A DNA stretch of 64,000 nucleotides. It comes from an uncultured Actinomycetota bacterium (GTDB lineage: Bacteria; Actinomycetota; Actinomycetes; DATJPE01). Each line of letters starts with the position of its first letter. Position 1 is the first letter of the stretch. A program made the translations under genes and the position numbers. Of the stretch, positions 59,100 to 64,000 are shown one piece after another. Location of the stretch: contig CAWDUP010000004.1 of NCBI GenBank assembly GCA_963805505.1, positions 54,088 through 118,087 of the forward strand. The letters are read 5' to 3'. The notes under the pieces were generated by a model, which had not been told where the DNA came from, searched no databases, and worked only from the letters and a program-made list of their open reading frames with translations.

Positions 59100-60531
59100 A
59101 CCACGAGCCTACGCGCGCCAGTCCGGTGCTGACCCGCCCGAGGCGATCAGTCCCGTCGGCCGGGGGCGGATCTTCGGCCGCCAGGCTCTCGACGACCGCA
59201 GAGATCGCCGCTTCGTCGCCGAGCACCGTGATCACGAGCGGACCTTCGGCCCAGGTGGCCTGGCTCGGTACGCCGTCTCGATGGAATACCTGTCGGCCGT
59301 TCTGGGTGCCGACGGCGTAGTCGGTCAGCTGGGCCGGGTCCAGGCGAGCCCGCTGCTCGAAGACCGACACTGCGCGCAGCCCGTCGGTGTAGACCAGGTG
59401 CAGAACCGGGGCGGGGGTCCCCTCGGCCAACCGTGCGTCGAAGGCGTCGAGGTCACCCGCGATGGTCGCGCCCGGGCACAGCCAGCCGTCCGCCTCTACC
59501 GCGGCAGGAGTCGTACCACCTGGTGCCTCCACCCAGGTCGCGGTCGTTGCGATGGGGAGGTGCTTGGGCATGACGGCTGCCTCGTCGACGGCCACCGTGG
59601 TGAAGCGGTGACTGGACTCGGGGTGGCCGGCGGCGTCGTAGCGCTCACTGGCTAGCGGGAGACCCGTTGCTCGATCGATCCAGAATCGCGCCGCCACCTC
59701 CCCATCCGCGGAATAGGCCGCTACCCGATCAGCGGCGCGACCGGCCACGGTGGCTGACCCGTCGGGTACCACGACGTAGCGACTGGACAGGAGGGCGAGG
59801 GCGTCACGTCCCTCCACCGCGTCCGTCGGTGCTTCTGGTCGGAACGACGCTGCTGACCGACCATCGGACACCAGCCGCGTGGCGGTTCCGTGCCCGGCGA
59901 TGTGACTGATCTCAGCCACGGCAGCCCGCTCGGAACCGTCCCGGTCGATCAGCCACTGCTGAACGCCTCGATAGCTCACGGTCTGCAGGGCTCCGGCGCC
60001 CTCACGCAGCCGTTGCACCGCAGACACTGGCGCGGAGTTCTTCCCGGCCGCCGCGGCCTGCACCGTCGACTCGCCCGCGCTGCCCCAGAACGGTAGGTCA
60101 CCGGCCGTCGCGGCGTGCTGGACGGTGAGACTCTCGGGCGACACGGCAACCGCCTGGTCACCGGACGAGCCACCGACCGTCCAGGCGACGCCGACCAGCG
60201 CAAGCCCGGCGACCACCCCGGACACGGCAACCCGCTGGGTCACGTCTCGCCTACTGGCGGTCGATGCGGCAGAGCTCGGCCGCCGTTGCGGCACACCGGT
60301 GGAGGGCATCGCAGCGAGGGCGGCCAAGAAGTCGTCCTGCGGGTGCAACGACGCGGCCTGGCTGGTGGCACGGTCTCCGCCGCGGAGCAGGTCGCGCACC
60401 CGGATCTGCTCGTCGACCTGGGCGCGGCACCGCTCGCAGGTCGCGAGGTGCTCACGCGCCTGCGACGCCTCAGCCGCGGGAAGGGCACCGTCGACGTACG
60501 CAGCGGCTCGCGATCCGAGGTGGCCGTTCAC
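59083..60531 (-). CDS. Anti-sigma factor (RseA/zf-HC2 type) with a large extracytoplasmic domain
   Basis: I place the start at GTG 60531, which overlaps the sigE stop as GTGA. The N-terminal anti-sigma motif is [11 protein letters not shown] (HxxxCxxC), followed by a TM segment [17 protein letters not shown] and a C-terminal domain of roughly 300 aa. Confidence 0.7.
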   Translation of the reverse strand: MNGHLGSRAAAYVDGALPAAEASQAREHLATCERCRAQVDEQIRVRDLLRGGDRATSQAASLHPQDDFLAALAAMPSTGVPQRRPSSAASTASRRDVTQRVAVSGVVAGLALVGVAWTVGGSSGDQAVAVSPESLTVQHAATAGDLPFWGSAGESTVQAAAAGKNSAPVSAVQRLREGAGALQTVSYRGVQQWLIDRDGSERAAVAEISHIAGHGTATRLVSDGRSAASFRPEAPTDAVEGRDALALLSSRYVVVPDGSATVAGRAADRVAAYSADGEVAARFWIDRATGLPLASERYDAAGHPESSHRFTTVAVDEAAVMPKHLPIATTATWVEAPGGTTPAAVEADGWLCPGATIAGDLDAFDARLAEGTPAPVLHLVYTDGLRAVSVFEQRARLDPAQLTDYAVGTQNGRQVFHRDGVPSQATWAEGPLVITVLGDEAAISAVVESLAAEDPPPADGTDRLGRVSTGLARVGSWFDPFG

Positions 60532-61133
60532 TGCAGCTCCACCGCCTGATCGCCACGTCGGGTCGGGTCGAGGTGGGGCAGGGCAGCCCGAAGCTGGGTA
60601 CGGCCCCGGTGGATGCGGCTGCGCACGGTACCCATGGGGACATCGAGGATGACGGCGATCTCCTCGTAGGTGAGCCCCTCGATGTCGCACAGGACCACCG
60701 CGGCTCGAAACGGCGGGGCCAGCGCGTCCAGGGCAGCCTGGATGTCGGAGTCGAGGGTGCGCTCGAGATAGTCACGCTCCGGCGTCGGCTCGCGCCCCGG
60801 CCAACGATCGTTTGCGTCGTCTCCGAGCGGCCCGAAGCGGATGCGTGCCTTGCGCCGCACGCCGTCGAGGAACAAGTTGGTCGTGATCCGGTGCAGCCAG
60901 CCCTCGAAGGATCCCGGTGTGTAACGCTCGAGTGAGCGAAAGACACGGATGAACACATCCTGTGTGAGGTCCTCTGCGTCGGGGCGATTGCCGGTGAGGC
61001 GATAGGCGAGGCGATAGACCCGATCACCGTGGCGGGAGACAACTTCTTCCCAGGACAGGTCCGCAGGGTCGAGCACCGGGTCGGGGGCAGCAGCGGCCCG
61101 CTCACCACGGAGGTCCTCGACCGGGCTGGTCAC
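60528..61133 (-). CDS. sigE: ECF RNA polymerase sigma factor (SigE-like)
   Basis: Sigma-70 region 2 ([27 protein letters not shown]) and region 4 ([25 protein letters not shown]). The synteny with anti-sigma, htrA and tatB matches the M. tuberculosis sigE locus. I place the start at GTG 61133; the track ORF has a long spurious extension. Confidence 0.8.
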   Translation of the reverse strand: MTSPVEDLRGERAAAAPDPVLDPADLSWEEVVSRHGDRVYRLAYRLTGNRPDAEDLTQDVFIRVFRSLERYTPGSFEGWLHRITTNLFLDGVRRKARIRFGPLGDDANDRWPGREPTPERDYLERTLDSDIQAALDALAPPFRAAVVLCDIEGLTYEEIAVILDVPMGTVRSRIHRGRTQLRAALPHLDPTRRGDQAVELQ

Positions 61134-61262
61134 GTGTCCCCTTCGACTCGCCGGCGGCTGCCGACCTGGCTCGCAGCATCCTGTGTGCACGATCCGCCGA
61201 CTCCCATGGTCGCGCGAGATGCCCGCAGGACCAAACCCGGCCAGGCCCCGTATCCTGCGCGG

Positions 61263-61895
61263 ATGCCAGGAAGCCTGAACCAGTCGTGGACGTACGCGGA
61301 AGCCTTCATCCCTGAGGACGCGGTGCTCGAGCATGCCCGAGCCCGCGCCGAGGAAGTCGGCGTCGTGCCCATGACCTCCGGCGCGGGAGCGGTTCTCCGG
61401 CTGCTCGCCGCCTTGGTCGATGCCCGCTCTGTCGTCGAGGTGGGCACCGGCACCGGCGTCTCGGGAGTCTGGCTGCTGCGGGGGATGAACGCCGAAGGCG
61501 TGCTCACCTCGATCGACACCGAGGCTGAGCACCACCGGCTGGCCCGCGACACCTTCAGCGAGGCGGAGGTGCCGGCCAACCGCGCCCGCCTGATCACCGG
61601 CCGGCCCGCCGAGGTCCTGCCGCGGCTCACCGACGCGGCCTATGACCTGGTGCTCATCGACGGCAACAAGCAGGAGTACGCCGACCACCTGGAGGAAGCC
61701 CTCCGGTTGTTGCGCCCCGGGGGGGTCCTGGTCTTCGACAATGCTCTGTGGAGCGACCGGGTAGCAGACCCGGCCCAGCGCGATCCCGACACCGTCGCCG
61801 TCCGCGAGCTCGGAAAGACCATGCGTGACCACGAGGAGCTCATCACGGGATTGCTTCCCGTGGGTGACGGACTGCTCGTGGCGGTACGTCGCTGA
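61263..61895 (+). CDS. Class I SAM-dependent O-methyltransferase (caffeoyl-CoA OMT-like)
   Basis: SAM-binding [14 protein letters not shown] and [10 protein letters not shown], typical of OMT family 3. It is divergent from sigE, as Rv1220c is in M. tuberculosis. Confidence 0.8.
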   Translation: MPGSLNQSWTYAEAFIPEDAVLEHARARAEEVGVVPMTSGAGAVLRLLAALVDARSVVEVGTGTGVSGVWLLRGMNAEGVLTSIDTEAEHHRLARDTFSEAEVPANRARLITGRPAEVLPRLTDAAYDLVLIDGNKQEYADHLEEALRLLRPGGVLVFDNALWSDRVADPAQRDPDTVAVRELGKTMRDHEELITGLLPVGDGLLVAVRR

Positions 61896-61901
61896 CCTGG
61901 C

Positions 61902-63428
61902 TCAGGTCACCCGGCCTGACTCCAGCCAGCGCAGCAGCAGCCGTACACCCCAGCCAGTACCCCCGCGACTGACTTCGAAGTCGTCGGCGTCAGCGCGGCC
62001 GGTGCCCGCGATGTCCAGGTGCGCCCACGCGATGTTCCCCACGAACCGCTCCAGGAATAGCGCTGCAACAACGGCTCCTGCCCCCGGACCGAGGCGACCG
62101 GAAGGGCTGGCGATGTTGGCCAGGTCGGCCACCGGCGAAGCCAACGATCTTCGATACTCCTCGACCAGCGGCAACCGCCACACCCGTTCCCCGGAGGCGT
62201 CGGCCGCACGTCGCAGTCGCGCCGCCAGTCGTTCGTCGTTGGCGAACAGACCCGCGTCTCGCCGTCCCAGCGCGATGCCCACGGCGCCGGTGAGCGTCGC
62301 GATGTCCACCATGGCATCGGGGCGGAGTCGGGCGGCGGCGTAGGCCAGCGCGTCGGCGAGCACCAACCGACCCTCTGCATCGGTGTTGAGGACCTCCACG
62401 GTGGTCCCGCCGTACTGCGTGATCACGTCTCCGGGACGCGTCGCTGACCCCGAGGGCATGTTCTCGGCCAGCGCCAGCAGCCCGGTCACCCGAACCTCGA
62501 CATCGAGAGCCCGCAGAGCGCTCATCACCGCGAGGACCGTGGCAGAACCGGCCATGTCGGTCTTCATCGCCACCATCGCGGCCGACGGCTTGAGGGAGAT
62601 CCCGCCGGTGTCGAACGTGATGCCTTTCCCGACGAGAACGATGTGGGGGACGTCGCGCGCGCGACGACCACGCACGCCTGCGGGGTGATAGCTCAGCTCG
62701 ACGAGGGCAGGCGGGCGGCTCGACCCTTGACCGACGGCGATCAATCCACCGAAACCATCACGTCGAAGGTCGCCGACCCCAAGCACCGAGATCCCCAGGC
62801 CGGTTTGCCGGGCCACCCGGCGGGACCGAGCAACCATCCAGCGTGGGGTCTTCACCGACGAAGGGGTGTTGGTGAGATCTCGCGCGAGCCCTACGGCCCC
62901 GGAGGTGATAGCGCCCTGCTCGAGGCTGCGCTGGCGAGCCCTCGCCCCGACGATGGACAACGTCCGCCGCGGCGGGTCGGCCCCGAATCGGTATTCACCA
63001 AGCCCGAAACCTTCGGCGAAGGAGCGCAAACCTGCTGCCGCCATGCGTGGCAGCCCACACACGACGAGGTCGCCGGCCAAGACCCGCCGGGCCAACCCGG
63101 CGCCCGCGCGGCGCAACGCGTCAGGCGACCGGTCACCGACGCCGAGGAAGACGACCTGCTCGAGCGGGGAACCCGCCACCACCAACGGCACGGCGACGGT
63201 CTCCCCTGCCGCACCCCTGGCCTCGGCGCGGGTCAGGTGGACCGCGAGATCGGCGATGGCGACCTGGTCGAGCCCGGCCCGGCGAAGACAGCTGTACGTC
63301 GTCCCGGAGGGTGACCCGGCAGACCATTCCCACCCGTCTGGTCCCTGCCCGGTGAGCAGGACGACTGTCCGGGGGACGTCGACGCGGTCGGCCGAGTCGA
63401 TCGTCTGCAGGCGGGTCACGCGGGTCAC
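61902..63428 (-). CDS. pepA: Leucyl aminopeptidase (M17 family)
   Basis: NTDAEGRLVLADAL is the M17 signature; 508 aa. Confidence 0.9.
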   Translation of the reverse strand: MTRVTRLQTIDSADRVDVPRTVVLLTGQGPDGWEWSAGSPSGTTYSCLRRAGLDQVAIADLAVHLTRAEARGAAGETVAVPLVVAGSPLEQVVFLGVGDRSPDALRRAGAGLARRVLAGDLVVCGLPRMAAAGLRSFAEGFGLGEYRFGADPPRRTLSIVGARARQRSLEQGAITSGAVGLARDLTNTPSSVKTPRWMVARSRRVARQTGLGISVLGVGDLRRDGFGGLIAVGQGSSRPPALVELSYHPAGVRGRRARDVPHIVLVGKGITFDTGGISLKPSAAMVAMKTDMAGSATVLAVMSALRALDVEVRVTGLLALAENMPSGSATRPGDVITQYGGTTVEVLNTDAEGRLVLADALAYAAARLRPDAMVDIATLTGAVGIALGRRDAGLFANDERLAARLRRAADASGERVWRLPLVEEYRRSLASPVADLANIASPSGRLGPGAGAVVAALFLERFVGNIAWAHLDIAGTGRADADDFEVSRGGTGWGVRLLLRWLESGRVT

Positions 63429-63544
63429 TGTGCCAGCAGCGGCTGCGTCACGACGGCGCAGACCCCGCCCGGACGTGGTCCGAGCGGGGTCTCGAATCGC
63501 TGCGACGGTCTGGTGCCGCCGTACTCGTAACGAGGACGGCTAGG

Positions 63545-63709
63545 TCAGCCGACCGCCTTGAGAGCATCGCCCAGGGCCGCAGCCTCGGCCGGCGTGAGCT
63601 CGACGACCAGGCGTCCGCCCCCTTCGAGCGGCACGCGCATGACGATGCCACGGCCCTCCTTGGTGACCTCGAGCGGGCCGTCGCCCGTACGCGGCTTCAT
63701 GGCCGCCAT
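63545..63709 (-). CDS. DUF3117-family small protein
   Basis: MAAMKPRTGDGPLEVTKEGRGIVMRVPLEGGGRLVVELTPAEAAALGDALKAV matches the conserved actinobacterial DUF3117 pattern. The track ORF has a spurious N-terminal extension. Confidence 0.6.
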   Translation of the reverse strand: MAAMKPRTGDGPLEVTKEGRGIVMRVPLEGGGRLVVELTPAEAAALGDALKAVG

Positions 63710-63858
63710 CCGCTTCCCCTTCCTGCCTGCACAACCCGGCTCGCGGCCTCGCGAGACGGTCTCTGCAGCCATTATCCCGCATCGAAGGACAGCCGCCGAC
63801 ACCCGGAGGGGTCGGGGGCGTGCACCCCTGCACCGAAAGGCCCGGCAGACTGCATGCC

Positions 63859-64000
63859 GTGCACGCACGATCCGCTCTGTTCGACGTCTACGGAGATCAC
63901 CTGCGCACCCGGGGTGGAGCGGCTCCCGTAGCCGTACTCATCACCTTGATGAAGCCCCTGGACATAGCGCCCCCCGCGGTCCGGACCGCTGTCTCACGGA
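63859..64000 (+). CDS. PaaX-family transcriptional regulator, N-terminal fragment (runs off the right edge)
   Basis: Translation from GTG 63859 gives HARSALFDVYGDHLRTRGGAAPVAVLITLMKPLDIAPPAVRTAVSR. This closely mirrors the PaaX N-terminal pattern (ARSLILTLLGDYLRPRGG...LGI.ERLVRTAVSRL). Confidence 0.45.
   Translation, partial: MHARSALFDVYGDHLRTRGGAAPVAVLITLMKPLDIAPPAVRTAVSR

Overview
This is a GC-rich, gene-dense chromosomal segment that looks Actinomycetota-like; I estimate roughly 70% GC by eye. Genes are tightly packed and many neighbours overlap at start/stop codons (ATGA, TGATG, GTGA). The ORF track contains many long antisense or alternate-frame ORFs that I treat as artefacts.

Core housekeeping blocks:
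- A partial CPA1-type cation/proton antiporter, then a DUF2207 membrane protein.
- smpB, an S41 C-terminal processing peptidase, a coiled-coil M23 peptidase, ftsX, ftsE and prfB. prfB is a single unframeshifted ORF.
- A secreted Excalibur-domain protein paired with a DUF1524/HNH nuclease.
- A Tad/Flp pilus block (tadG/tadE-like genes, flp-like gene, tadC, tadB, tadA).
- Further on: secA, two GNAT acetyltransferases, an F420-reductase-like gene, an RDD protein, a PhzF-family protein, an MgtE-N/CBS protein with a DUF1003 partner, and mrp.
- At the right end, a conserved block resembling M. tuberculosis Rv1220c-Rv1224: tatB, htrA, an rseA-like anti-sigma factor, sigE, a divergent O-methyltransferase, then pepA, DUF3117 and a partial PaaX-like regulator.

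The most interesting part is a roughly 15-kb aromatic catabolic insert between tadA and a giant NAD-glutamate dehydrogenase gene (gdh). It is bracketed by an imperfect direct repeat, about 130 bp long, that is a degenerate copy of the gdh 3' end. Its contents:
- a HAD hydrolase and three MhpD-family hydratase/decarboxylase paralogs;
- a single-subunit Rieske oxygenase and a Rieske ferredoxin;
- a two-gene phenylphosphate-synthase-like phosphotransferase (a PPDK_N ATP-binding subunit plus a PEP-utilizing phospho-histidine subunit) and a histidine phosphatase;
- two tandem catechol 2,3-dioxygenases, an IclR regulator, a 4-oxalocrotonate tautomerase, a hydroxymuconic-semialdehyde dehydrogenase and an AhpD-like protein.

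The phosphotransferase and phosphatase embedded in an oxygenase/meta-cleavage operon look like a possibly undescribed aryl-phosphorylating catabolic route.

The Tad locus is split. tadZ (ssd-like), a SAF/CpaB-like gene and an HTH gene lie about 29 kb from tadABC. Between them are gdh, pruA, a patatin, a WS/DGAT, a lipoprotein/membrane-protein pair, a HAD hydrolase and an APH-family kinase.

I found no rRNA, tRNA, CRISPR array, transposase or integrase.
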